Shown in pieces: positions 10,736 to 24,682 of a stretch of DNA of 64,000 nt. Numbering within the stretch: the stretch's first letter is position 1; each line of letters starts with the position of its first letter. Under the pieces are notes generated by a model. That model searched no databases. It worked only from the letters and a program-made list of their open reading frames with translations, and was not told where the DNA came from. The translations under genes were made by a program, and so were the position numbers. The DNA comes from Eledone cirrhosa (lineage: Eukaryota), in the NCBI GenBank assembly GCA_964016885.1, contig OZ024743.1:205592001-205656000 (forward strand), read 5' to 3'.

Positions 10736-13700
10736 TTCCCTGGGCTGGCGGGAAATTATCTCCCCTTGGACGGCTGGAAATTATCTTCCCTTGCACGGCT
10801 GGAAATTATCTCCCCTTGGACAGCTGGAAATTATCTGCCCTTGATTTTGTTTTTACAAATTATCTCCCCCTGATTTTTTTTACAAATTATCTCCACCTGA
10901 TTTTTTAAAAAATTATCTCCCCTTGGACGGCTGGAAATTATCTCCCCTTGGCTGGAAATTATCTCCCCTTGGACGGCTAGAAATTATCTCTCTTTGGACG
11001 GCTGGAAATAATCTCCCTTTGATTTTTTTACAATTTATCTCCCTCTGATTTTTTTTACAAATCTCCCCCTGATTTTTTAAAAAAAATTATCTCCCCTTCG
11101 CTGGCTGGAAATTATCTCCCCTTGGACACTTGAAATTATATCCCCTTGGAGGGCTGGAAATTATCTTCCCTTGGACGGCTGGAAATTATCTCCCCTTGAT
11201 TTTTTTTACAAATTATCTCCCCCTGATTTTTTTTACAAATTATCTGCCCCTGATTTTTTTTTACAAATTATCTCCGCCTGATTTTTTTTTAAATTATCTC
11301 TCCTTGGACGGCTGGAAATTATCTCCCCTTGATTTTTTTTACAAATTATCTCCCCCTGATTTTTTTTTACAAATTATCTACCCCTGATTTTTTTTTACAA
11401 ATTATCTCCCCCTGATTTTTTTTACAAATTATCTCCCCCTGATTTTTTTTTTACAAATTATCTCCCCCTGATTTTTTTACAAATTATCTCCCCCTGATTT
11501 TTTTTTCAAATTATCTCCGCCTGATTTTTTTAAATATTATCTTCCCTTGGCTGGCGGGAAATTATCTCCCCTTGGACGGCTGGAAATTATCTCCCCTTGG
11601 AAGGATGGAAATTATCTCCCCTTGGACGGCTGGAAATTATCTCCCCTTGCACTGCTGGAAATTATCTCCCCTTGGACGGCTGGAAATTATCTCCCCTTGG
11701 CTGAAAATTATCTCCCCTTGGACGGCTAGAAATTATCTCTCTTTGGACGGCTGGAAATTATCTCCCCTTGATTTTTTTACAAATTATCTCCCCCTGATTT
11801 TTTTACAAATCTCCCAGTGTTTTTTTTTTTAAATTATCTCCCCTTCGCTGGCTGGAAATTATCTCCCCTTGGACGCTGGAAATTATAGCCCCTTGGAGGG
11901 CTGGAAATTATCTTCCCTTGGACGGCTGGAAATTATCTCCCCTTGATTTTTTTTACAAATTATCTCCCCCTGATTTTTTTTACAAATTATCTCCCCCTGA
12001 TTTTTTTTTACAAATTATCTCCCCCTGATTTTTTTTACAACTTATCTCCGCCTGATTTTTTAAAAAAAATTATCTCCCCTTGGACGGCTAGAAATTACCT
12101 CTCCTTGGACGGCTGAAAATTATCTCCCCTTGGACGGCTGGAAATTATCTCCCCTTGATTTTTTTTACAAATTATCTCCCCCTGATTTTTTTTTACAAAT
12201 TATCTCCCCCTGATTTTTTTTACAAATTATCTCCCCCTGATTTTTTTTTACAAATTATCTCCCCCTGATTTTTTTTACAAATTATATCCCCTTGGCTGGC
12301 TGGAAATTATCTCCCCTTGGAGGCTGGAATTTATCTCCCCTTGGACGGCTAGAAATTACCTCTCCTTGGACGGCTGGAAATTATGTCTCCTTGGACGGCT
12401 AGAAATTACCTCTCCTTGGACGGCTGAAAATTATCTCCCCTTGGACGGCTGGAAATTATCTCCCCTTGATTTTTTTTACAAATTATCTCCCCCTGATTTT
12501 TTTTACAAATTATCTCCCCCTGATTTTTTTTTACAAATTATCTCCCCCTGATTTTTTTTACAAATTATATCCCCTTGGCTGGCTGGAAATTATCTCCCCT
12601 TGGAGGCTGGAATTTATCTCCCCTTGGACGGCTAGAAATTACCTCTCCTTGGACGGCTGGAAATTATGTCTCCTTGGACGGCTGGAAATTATCTCCCCTT
12701 GGACGGCTGGAAATTATCTCCCCTTGGACGGCTGGAAATTATCTCCCCTTGGACGGCTAGATATTACCTCTCCTTGGACGGCTGGAAATTATCTGCCCTT
12801 GGACGGCTGGAAATTATCTCCCCTTGGACGGCTGGAAATTATTTCCCCTTGATTTTTTTTACAAATTATCTCCCGCTGATTTTTTTTTACAAATCTCCAC
12901 CTAATTAAAAAAAAAATTATCTCCCCTTCGCTGGCTGGAAATTATCTTGCTTTGGACGGCTGGAAATTATAGCCGCTTGTAGAGCTGGAAATTATCTCCC
13001 CTTGGACGGCTGGAAATTATCTCCCCTTGATTTTTTTTACTAAGTATCTCACCCTGATTTTTTTTTACAAATTATCTCCGCCTGATTTTTAAAAAAAAAT
13101 TATCTCCCCTTGGCTGGATGGAAATTATCTCCCCTTGGACGGCTGGAAATTATCTTCCCTTGATTTCTTCTACAAATTATCTACCCCTGATTTTTTTTAC
13201 AAATTATCTCTCCCTGATTTTTTTTTACAAATATCTCTCCTTGGCTGGCTGGAAATTATCTCCCCTTGGCTGGCTGGAAATTATCTCCCCCTGATATTTT
13301 TTTACAAATTAGCTCCCCCTGATTTTTTTTACAAATTATCTCCCCCTGATTTTTTTCACAAATTATCTCCCCCTGATTTTTTTTACAAATTATCTCCCCT
13401 GATTTAAAAAGAAAAAGTATCTCCCCTTGGACGGCTGGAAATTATCTCCCCTTGGACGGCTGGAAATTATCGCCCCCTGATTTTTTTTTTACAAATTATC
13501 TCCACCTGATTTTTTTTACAAATCATCTCAGCCTGATTTTTTTTAAATATTATCTCCCTTGGCTTGCTGGAAATTATCTCCCCTTGGACGGCTATAAATT
13601 ATCTCTCCTTCGACGGCTGGAAATTATCTCCCCTTGATTTTTTTACAAATTATCTCCCCCTGATTTTTTTTTACCAATCAACCCCTGATTTAAAAACAAA

Positions 13701-16700
13701 AATTATCACCCCTTCGCTGGCTGGAAATTATCTCCCCTTGGACGGCTGGAAATTATCTCCCCTTGATTTTTTTTACAAATTATCTACCCCTGATTTTTTT
13801 ACAAATTATCTCCCCCTGATTTTTTTTACAAATTATCTCCCCCTGATTTTTTTTTTTTACAAATTATCTCCGCCTGATTTTTTTAGAATTATCTCCCCTT
13901 GGCTGGATGGAAATTATCTCCCCTTGGACGGCTGGAAATTATCTCCCCTTGGAAGGATGGAAATTATCTCCCCTTGGACGCCTGGAAATTATCTCCCCTT
14001 GCACGGCTGGAAATTATCTCCCCTTGGACGGCTAGAAATTACCTCTCCTTGGACGGCTGAAAATTATCTCCCCTTGGACGGCTGGAAATTATGTCCACCT
14101 GATTTTTTTTACAAATCATCTCCGCCTGATTTTTTTAAAAACTTATCTCCCTTGGCTTGCTGGAAATTATCTCCCCTTGGACGGCTATAAATTATCTCTC
14201 CTTCGACGGCTGGAAATTATCTCCCCTTGATTTTTTTACAAATTATCTCCCCCTGATTTTTTTTTACCAATCTACCCCTGATTTAAAAAAAAATTATCTC
14301 TCCTTCGCTGGCTGGAAATTATCTCCCCTTGGACGGCTGGAAATTATCTCCCCTTGATTTTTTTTACAAATTATCTACCCCTGATTTTTTTACAAATTAT
14401 CTCCCCCTGATTTTTTTTTACAAATTATCTCCCTTTGATTTTTTTTTTTTACAAATTATCTCCGCCTGATTTTCTTAAAATTATCTCCCCTTGGCTGGAT
14501 GGAAATTATCTCCCCTAGGACGGCTGGAAATTATCTCCCCTTGCACGGCTGGAAATTATCTTCCCTTGGACGGCTAGAAATTACCTCTCCTTGGACGGCT
14601 GAAAATTATCTCCCCTTGGACGGCTGGAAATTATCTCCCCCTGATTTTTTTTACAAATTATCTCCCCTTGCACGGCTGGAAATTATCTCCCCTTGGACGG
14701 CTGGAAATTATCTGCCCTTGATTTTGTTTTTACAAATTATCTCCCCCTGATTTTTTTTACAAATTATCTCCACCTGATATTTTAAAAAATTATCTCCCCT
14801 TGGACGGCTGGAAATTATCTCCCCTTGGCTGGAAATTATCTCCCCTTGGACGGCTAGAAATTATCTCTCTTTGGACGGCTGGAAATTATCTCCCCTTGAT
14901 TCTTTTTACAAATTATCTCCCCCTGATTTTTTTTACAAATCTCCCAGTGATTTTTTTAAAAAAATTATCTCCCCTTCGCTGGCTGGAAATTATCTCCCCT
15001 TGGACGCTGGAAATTATAGCCCCTTGGACGCTGGAAATTATCTTCCCTTGGACGGCTGGAAATTATCTCCCCTTGATTTTTTTACAAATTATCTCCCCCT
15101 GATTTTTTTTTACAAATTATCTCCCCCTGATTTTTTTTTTACAAATTATCTCCCCTTGGACGGGTGGAAATTATCTCCCCTTGATTTTTTTACAAATTAT
15201 CTCCCCCTGATTTTTTTTTACCAATCTACCCCTGATTTAAAAAAAAAAATTATCTCCCCTTCGCTGGCTGGAAATTATCTCCCCTTGGACGGCTTGAAAT
15301 TATCTCCCCTTGGACGGCTAGAAATTACCTCTCCTTGGACGGCTGAAAATTATCTCCCCTTGATTTTTTTTACAAATTATCTCCCCCTGATTTTTTTTTT
15401 TACAAATTATCTCCCCCTGGTTTTATTTTACATATTATCTACCCCTGATTTTTTTTTACAAATTATCTCCACCTGATCTTTTTTACAAATTATCTCCCCC
15501 TGATTTTTTTTTTACAAATTATCTCCCTCTGATTTTTTTACAAATTATCTCCCCCTGATTTTTTTTTCAAATTATCTCCGCCTGATTTTTTTAAATATTA
15601 TCTTCCCTTGGCTGGCGGGAAATTATCTCCCCTTGGACGGCTGGAAATTATCTCCCCTTGGAAGGATGGAAATTATCTCCCCTTGGACGGCTGGAAATTA
15701 TCTCCCCTTGCACTGCTGGAAATTATCTCCCCTTGGACGGCTGGAAATTATCTCCCCTTGGCTGGAAATTATCTCCCCTTGGACGGCTAGAAATTATCTC
15801 TCTTTGGACGGCTGGAAATTATCTCCCCTTGATTTTTTTACAAATTATCTCCCCCTTATTTTTTTTACAAATCTCCCAGTGATTTTTTTTAAAAAATTAT
15901 CTCCCCTTCGCTGGCTGGAAATTATCTCCCCTTGGACGCTGGAAATTATAGCCCCTTGGAGGGCTGGAAATTATCTTCCCTTGGACGGCTGGAAATTATC
16001 TCCCCTTGATTTCTTTTACAAATTATCTCCCCCTGATTTTTTTTTACAAATTATCTCCCCCTGATTTTTTTTTACAAATTATCTCCCTCTGATTTTTTTT
16101 ACAACTTATCTCCGCCTGATTTTTTTAAAAAAATTATCTCCCCCTGGACGGCTGGAAATTATCTCCCCTTGGACGGCTGGAAATTATCTCTCCTTGGACG
16201 GCTGGAAATTATCTCCCCTTGATTTTTTTTACTAATTATCTCCCCCTGATTTTTTTTTACAAATATCTCCCCTTGGCTGCCTGGAAATTATCTCCCCTTG
16301 GCAGGCTGGAAATGATCTCCCCTTGGACGGCTGGAAATTATCTCCTCTTGGACGCCTAGAAATTACCTCTCCTTGGACAGCTGTAAATTATCTCCCCTTG
16401 GACGGCTGGAAATTATCTCGCCTTGGACGGCTGGAAATTATCTCCCCTTGATTTTGTATACAAATTATCTTTACAAATTATCTGCCCCTGATTATTTTTT
16501 TACAAATTAGCTTCGCCTGATTTTTTTTTAAAATTATCTTCCCTTGGACGGCTGGAAATTATCTCCCCTTGGACGGCTGGAAATTATCTCCCCTTGAACG
16601 GCTAGAAATTACCTCTCCTTGGACGGCTGAAAATTATCTCCCCTTGGACGGCTGGAAATTATCGCCCCCTGATTTTTTTTAACAAATTATCTCCACCTGA

Positions 16701-19700
16701 TTTTTTTTACAAATCATCTCCGCCTGATTTTTTTAAAAAATTATCTCCCTTTCGCTGGCTGGAAATTATCTCCCCTTGGACGCTGGAAATTATAGCCCCT
16801 TGGACGGCTGGAAATTATCTCCCCTTGATTTTTTTTACATATTATCTCCCCCTGATTTTTTTTTACGAATTATCTCCCAGATTTTTTTTTACAAATTATC
16901 TCCCCCTGATTTTTTTTTACAAATTATCTCCGCCTGATTTTTTAAAAAAAATTATCTCCCCTTGGACGGCTGGAAATTATCTCCCCTTGAACGGCTGGAA
17001 ATTATCTCCCCTTGGACGGCTGGAAATTATCTCCCCTTGGACGGCTGGAAATTATCTCCCCTTGGACGGCTAGAAATTACCTATCCTTGGACGGCCGGAA
17101 ATTATCTCCCCTTGGACGGCTGGAAATTATCTCCCCTTGGACGGCTGGAAATTATTTCCCCTTGATTTTTTTTACAAATTATCTCCCCCTGATTTTTTTT
17201 ACAAATCTCCCCCTAATTTAAAAAAAAATTATCTCCCCTTCGCTGGCTGGAAATTATCTCCCTTTGGACGGCTGGAAATTATAGCTGCTTGTAGGGCTGG
17301 AAATGATCTCCCCTTGGACGGCTGGAAATTATCTCCCCTTTATGTCTTCTACAAATTATCTACCCCTGATTTTTTTTTTACAAATTATCTCCGCCTGATT
17401 TTTTTTTACAAATTATCTGCGCCTGATTTTTTTTTACAAATTAGCTCCGCCTGATTTTTTAAAAAATTATCTCCCCTTGGACGGCTGGAAATTATCTCCC
17501 CTTGGACGGCTGGAAATTATCTCCCCTTGGACGGCTAGAAATTATCTCTCTTTGGACGACTGGAAATTATCTCCCCTTGGACGGCTGCAAATTATCTCCC
17601 CTTGATTTTTTTTACAAATTATCTCCCCCTGATTTTTTTTACAAATTATCTCCCCCTGATTTTTTTTTACAAATTATCTACCCCTGATTTTTTTACAAAT
17701 TATCTCCCCCTGATTTTTTTTTACAAATTATCTCCCCCTGATTTTTTTTACAAATTATCTCCCCCTGATTTTTTTTTACAAATTATCTCCCCCTGATTTT
17801 TTTACAAATTATCTCCCCCTGATTTTTTTAAAAATTATCTTCCCTGGGCTGGCGGGAAATTATCTCCCCTTGGACGGCTGGAAATTATCTTCCCTTGCAC
17901 GGCTGGAAATTATCTCCCCTTGGACAGCTGGAAATTATCTGCCCTTGATTTTGTTTTTACAAATTATCTCCCCCTGATTTTTTTTACAAATTATCTCCAC
18001 CTGATTTTTTAAAAAATTATCTCCCCTTGGACGGCTGGAAATTATCTCCCCTTGGCTGGAAATTATCTCCCCTTGGACGGCTAGAAATTATCTCTCTTTG
18101 GACGGCTGGAAATAATCTCCCTTTGATTTTTTTACAATTTATCTCCCTCTGATTTTTTTTACAAATCTCCCCCTGATTTTTTTAAAAAAATTATCTCCCC
18201 TTCGCTGGCTGGAAATTATCTCCCCTTGGACACTTGAAATTATATCCCCTTGGAGGGCTGGAAATTATCTTCCCTTGGACGGCTGGAAATTATCTCCCCT
18301 TGATTTTTTTTACAAATTATCTCCCCCTGATTTTTTTTACAAATTATCTGCCCCTGATTTTTTTTTACAAATTATCTCCGCCTGATTTTTTTTAAAATTA
18401 TCTCTCCTTGGACGGCTGGAAATTATCTCCCCTTGATTTTTTTTACAAATTATCTCCCCCTGATTTTTTTTTACAAATTATCTACCCCTGATTTTTTTTT
18501 ACAAATTATCTCCCCCTGATTTTTTTTACAAATTATCTCCCCCTGATTTTTTTTTTACAAATTATCTCCCCCTGATTTTTTTACAAATTATCTCCCCCTG
18601 ATTTTTTTTTCAAATTATCTCCGCCTGATTTTTTTAAATATTATCTTCCCTTGGCTGGCGGGAAATTATCTCCCCTTGGACGGCTGGAAATTATCTCCCC
18701 TTGGAAGGATGGAAATTATCTCCCCTTGGACGGCTGGAAATTATCTCCCCTTGCACTGCTGGAAATTATCTCCCCTTGGACGGCTGGAAATTATCTCCCC
18801 TTGGCTGAAAATTATCTCCCCTTGGACGGCTAGAAATTATCTCTCTTTGGACGGCTGGAAATTATCTCCCCTTGATTTTTTTACAAATTATCTCCCCCTG
18901 ATTTTTTTACAAATCTCCCAGTGTTTTTTTTTTTAAATTATCTCCCCTTCGCTGGCTGGAAATTATCTCCCCTTGGACGCTGGAAATTATAGCCCCTTGG
19001 AGGGCTGGAAATTATCTTCCCTTGGACGGCTGGAAATTATCTCCCCTTGATTTTTTTTACAAATTATCTCCCCCTGATTTTTTTTACAAATTATCTCCCC
19101 CTGATTTTTTTTTACAAATTATCTCCCCCTGATTTTTTTTACAACTTATCTCCGCCTGATTTTTTAAAAAAAATTATCTCCCCTTGGACGGCTAGAAATT
19201 ACCTCTCCTTGGACGGCTGAAAATTATCTCCCCTTGGACGGCTACAAATTATCTCCCCTTGATTTTTTTTACAAATTATCTCCCCCTGATTTTTTTTTAC
19301 AAATTATCTCCCCCTGATTTTTTTTACAAATTATCTCCCCCTGATTTTTTTTTACAAATTATCTCCCCCTGATTTTTTTTACAAATTATATCCCCTTGGC
19401 TGGCTGGAAATTATCTCCCCTTGGAGGCTGGAATTTATCTCCCCTTGGACGGCTAGAAATTACCTCTCCTTGGACGGCTGGAAATTATGTCTCCTTGGAC
19501 GGCTAGAAATTACCTCTCCTTGGACGGCTGAAAATTATCTCCCCTTGGACGGCTGGAAATTATCTCCCCTTGATTTTTTTTACAAATTATCTCCCCCTGA
19601 TTTTTTTTTACAAATTATCTCCCCCTGATTTTTTTTACAAATTATCTACGCCTGATTTTTTTTTCCAAATTATCTCCCCCTGATTTTTTTTTACAAATTA

Positions 19701-22591
19701 TCTCCCCCTGTTTTTTTTTACAAATTATTTCCCCCTGATTATTTTACAAATTATCTCCGCCTGATTTTTTTAATTATCTTCCCTTGGCTGGCGGGAAATT
19801 ATCTCCCCTTGGACGCCTGGAAATTATCTCCCCTTGGAAGGATGGAAATTATCTCCCCTTGGACGGCTGGAAATTATCTGCACTTGATTTTGTTTTTACA
19901 AATTATCTTCCCCTGATTTTTTTTACAAATTATCTCCACCTGATTTTTTAAAAAATTATCTCTCCTTGGACGGCTGGAAATTATCTCCCCTTGGCTGGAA
20001 ATTATCTCCCCTTGGACGGCTAGAAATTATCTCTCTTTGGACGGCTGGAAATTATCTCCCCTTGATTTTTTTACAAATTATCTCCCCCAGATTTTTTTTA
20101 CAAATCTCCCAGTGATTTTTTTAAAAAAATTATCTCCCCTTCGCTGGCTGGAAATTATCTCCCCTTGGACGCTGGAAATTATAGCCCCTTGGAGGGCTGG
20201 AAGTTATCTTCGCTTCGAGGGCTGGAAATTATCTTCCCTTGGACGGCTAGAAATTATCTCCCCTTGATTTTTTTTACAAATTATCTCCCCCTGATTTTTT
20301 TTTTACAAATTATCTCCGCCTGATTTTTTTTTTAAATTATCTCCCCTTGGACGGCTGGAAATTATCTCCCCTTGGACGGCTGGAAATTATCTCCCCTTGG
20401 ACGGCTAGAAATTACGTCTCCTTGGACGGCTGAAAATTATCTCCCCTTGGACGGCTGGAAATTATCTCCCCTTGATTTTTTTTTACAAATTGTCTCCCCC
20501 TGATTTTTTTTTACAAATTATCTACCCCTGATTTTTTTTTACAAATTATCTCCCCCTTATTTTTTTTACAAATTATCTCCCCCTGATTTTTTTTTACAAA
20601 TTATCTCCCCCTGATTTTTTTTACAAATCTCCCCCTAATTTAAAAAAAAATTATCTCCCCTTCGCTGGCTGGAAATTATCTCCCTTTGGACGGCTGGAAA
20701 TTATAGCTGCTTGTAGGGCTGGAAATTATCTCCCCTTGGACGGCTGGAAATTATCTCCCCTTGATTTTTTTTACTAATTATCTCCCCCTGATTTTTTTTT
20801 ACAAATATCTCCCCTTGGCTGCCTGGAAATTATCTCCCCTTGGCAGGCTGGAAATGATCTCCCCTTGGACGGCTGGAAATTATCTCCCCTTGAACGGCTG
20901 GAAATTATCTCCCCTTGGACGGCTGGAAATTATCTCCCCTTGGACGGCTGGAAATTATCTCCCCTTGGACGGCTAGAAATTACCTCTCCTTGGACGGCTG
21001 TATATTATCTCCCCTTGGACGGCTGGAAATTATCTCCCCTTGGACGGCTGGAAATTATTTCCCCTTGATTTTTTTTACAAATCATCTCCCCCTGATTTTT
21101 TTTACAAATCTCCCCCTAATTTAAAAAAAAATTATCTCCCCTTCGCTGGCTGGAAATTATCTCCCTTTGGACGGCTGGAAATTATAGCTGCTTGTAGGGC
21201 TGGAAATTATCTCCCCTTGGACGGCTGGAAATTATCTCCCCTTGATTTTTTTTTACTAATTATCTCCCCCTGATTTTTTTTTACAAATATCTCCCCTTGG
21301 CTGCCTGGAAATTATCTCCCCTTGGCAGGCTGGAAATGATCTCCCCTTGGACGGCTGGAAATTATCTCCCCTTGGACGCCTAGAAATTACCTCTCCTTGG
21401 ACAGCTGTAAATTATCTCCCCTTGGACGGCTGGAAATTATCTCGCCTTGGACGGCTGGAAATTATCTCCCCTTGATTTTGTATACAAATTATCTCCCCCT
21501 GATTTTTTTTTACAAATTATCTGCCCCTGATTATTTTTTTACAAATTAGCTCCGCCTGATTTTTTTTTAAAATTATCTCCCCTTGGACGGCTGGAAATTA
21601 TCTCCCCTTGGACGGCTGGAAATTATCTCCCCTTGAACGGCTAGAAATTACCTCTCCTTGGACGGCTGAAAATTATCTCCCCTTGGACGGCTGGAAATTA
21701 TCGCCCCCTGATTTTTTTAAACAAATTATCTCCACCTGATTTTTTTTACAAATCATCTCCGCCTGATTTTTTTAAGAAATTATCTCCCTTGGCTTGCTGG
21801 AAATTATCTTCCCTTGGACGGCTAGAAATTACCTCTCCTTGGACGGCTGGAAATTATGTCTCCTTGGACGGCTGGAAATTATCTCCCCTTGGACGGCTGG
21901 AAATTATCTCCCCTTGGACGGCTGGAAATTATCTCCCCTTGGACGGCTAGATATTACCTCTCCTTGGACGGCTGGAAATTATCTGCCCTTGGACGGCTGG
22001 AAATTATCTCCCCTTGGACGGCTGGAAATTATTTCCCCTTGATTTTTTTTACAGATTATCTCCCACTGATTTTTTTTTACAAATCTCCCCCTAATTTAAA
22101 AAAAAATTATCTCCCCTTCGCTGGCTGGAAATTATCTTCCTTTGGACGGCTGGAAATTATAGCCGCTTGTAGGGCTGGAAATTATCTCCCCTTGGACGGC
22201 TGGAAATTATCTCCCCTTGATTTTTTTTACTAATTATCTTACCCTGAATTTTTTTTACAAATTATCTCCGCCTGATTTTTTTAAAAAAATTATCTCCCCT
22301 TGGCTGGATGGAAATTATCTCCCCTTGGACGGCTGGAAATTATCTCCCCTTGATTTCTTCTACAAAGTATCTACCCCTGATTTTTTTTTTACAAATTATT
22401 TGTCCCTGATTTTTTTTTACAAATATCTCCCCTTGGCTGGCTGGAAATTACCTCCCCTTGGCTGGCTGGAAATTATCTCCCCCTGATATTTTTTTACAAA
22501 TTAGCTCCCCCTGATTTTTTTTTACAAATTATCTCCCCCTGATTTTTTTTTACCAATCTACCCCTGATTTAAAAAAAAAATTATCTCCCCT

Positions 22592-23142
22592 TCGCTGGCT
22601 GGAAATTATCTCCCCTTGGACGGCTGGAAATTATCTCCCCTTGGAAAGATGGAAATTATCTCCCCTTGGACGGCTGGAAATTATCTCCCCTTGCACGGCT
22701 GGAAATTATCTCCCCTTGGACGGCTAGAAATTACCTCTCCTTGGACGGCTGAAAATTATCTCCCCTTGGACGGCTGGAAATTATCTCCCCTTGGAAGGAT
22801 GGAAATTATCTCCCCTTGGACGGCTGGAAATTATCTCCCCTTGCACGGCTGGAAATTATCTCCCCTTGGACGGCTGAAAATTATCTCCCCTTGGAAGGAT
22901 GGAAATTATCTCCCCTTGGACGGCTGGAAATTATCTCCCCTTGCACGGCTGGAAATTATCTCCCCTTGGACGGCTAGAAATTACCTCTCCTTGGACGGCT
23001 GAAAATTATCTCCCCTTGCACGGCTGGAAATTATCTCCCCTTGGACGGCTAGAAATTACCTCTCCTTGGACGGCTGAAAATTATCTCCCCTTGCACGGCT
23101 GGAAATTATCTCCCCTTGGACGGCTGGAAATTATCTGCCCTT
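22592..23142 (+). repeat. Longest pure type-A run noticed (22 x 25 bp), with internal 150/100/75-bp sub-periods
   Basis: No T-tract monomer over 550 bp. TTGGAA(A/G)GAT occurs at 22641, 22791 and 22891; TTGCACGG at 22691, 22841, 22941, 23016 and 23091. Confidence 0.85.
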
Positions 23143-24682
23143 GATTTTGTTTTTACAAATTATCTCCCCCTGATTTTTTTTACAAATTATCTCCACCTGA
23201 TATTTAAAAAAATTATCTCCCCTTGGACGGCTGGAAATTATCTCCCCTTGGCTGGAAATTATCTCCCCTTCGCTGGCTGGAAATTATCTCCCCTTGGACG
23301 CTGGAAATTATAGCCCCTTGGAGGCTGGAAATTATCTTCCCTTGGACGGCTGGAAATTATCTCCCCTTGATTTTTTTTACAAATTATCTCCCCCTGATTT
23401 TTTTTTACAAATTATCTCCCCCTGATTTTTTTTTTACAAATTATCTCCGCCTGATTTTTTTTTAAAAATTATCTCCCCTTGGACGGCTGGAAATTATCTC
23501 CCCTTGGACGGCTGGAAATTATCTCCCCTTGGACGGCTAGAATTTACCTCTCCTTGGACGGCTGAAAATTATCTCCCCTTGATTTTTTTTACAAATTATC
23601 TCCCCCTGATTTTTTTTTTTACAAATTATCTCCCCCTGATTTTATTTTACATATTATCTACCCCTGATTTTTTTTTACAAATTATCTCCGCCTGATTTTT
23701 TTACAAATTATCTCCCCCTGATTTTTTTACAAATTATCTCCCCCTGATTTATTTTACAAATTATCTCCGCCTGATTTTTTTAAATATTATCTTCCCTTGG
23801 CTGGCGGGAAATAATCTCCCCTTGGACGGCTGGAAATTATCTCCCCTTGGAAGGATGGAAATTATCTCCCCTTGGACGGCTGGAAATTATCTCCCCTTGC
23901 ACGGCTGGAAATTATCTCCCCTTGGACGGCTAGAAATTATCTCTCTTTGGACGGCTGGAAATTATCTCCCCTTGATTTTTTTTACAAATTATCTCCCCCT
24001 GATTTTTTTTACAAATCTCCCAGTGATTTTTTAAAAAAAATAATCTCCCTTTCGCTGGCTGGAAATTATCTCCCCTTGGACGCTGGAAATTATAGCCCCT
24101 TGGAGGGCTGGAAATTATCTTCCCTCGGACGGCTGGAAATTATCTCCCCTTGATTTTTTTTATATATTATCTCCCCCTGATTTTTTTTTACAAATTATCT
24201 CCCCGATTTTTTTTTACAAATTATCTCCCCCTGATTTTTTTTTTACAAATTATCTCCGCCTGATTTTTAAAAAAAAATTATCTCCCCTTGGACGGCTGGA
24301 AATTATCTCCCCTTGAACGGCTGGAAATTATCTCCCCTTGGACGGCTGGAAATTATTTCCCCTTGATTTTTTTTACAAATTATCTCCCCCTGATTTTTTT
24401 TACAAATCTCCCCCTAATTTAAAAATAAATTATCTCCCCTTCGCTGGCTGGAAATTATCTCCCTTTGGACGGCTCGAAATTATAGCTGCTTGTAGGGCTG
24501 GAAATTATCTCCCCTTGGACGGCTGGAAATTATCTCCCCTTGATTTTTTTTACTAATTATCTCCCCCTGATTTTTTTTTACAAATTATCTCCGCCTGATT
24601 TTTTTTTAAAAATTATCTCCCTGGATGGAAATTTTCTCCCCTTGGACGGCTGGAAATTATCTCCCCTTTATGTCTTCTACAA

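Larger units (their letters stand above)
4390..19640 (+). repeat. Tandem higher-order repeat, unit ~7.1 kb, ~2.15 copies (units start ~4390, ~11507, ~18611; ends approximate)
   Basis: ORF offsets are 7117 (4430/11547, 6018/13135, 8491/15608) and then 7104 (9721/16825, 11547/18651). The shift is explained by a 2-bp deletion at ~8681 and a 15-bp deletion at 16470/16471. Confidence 0.88.
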
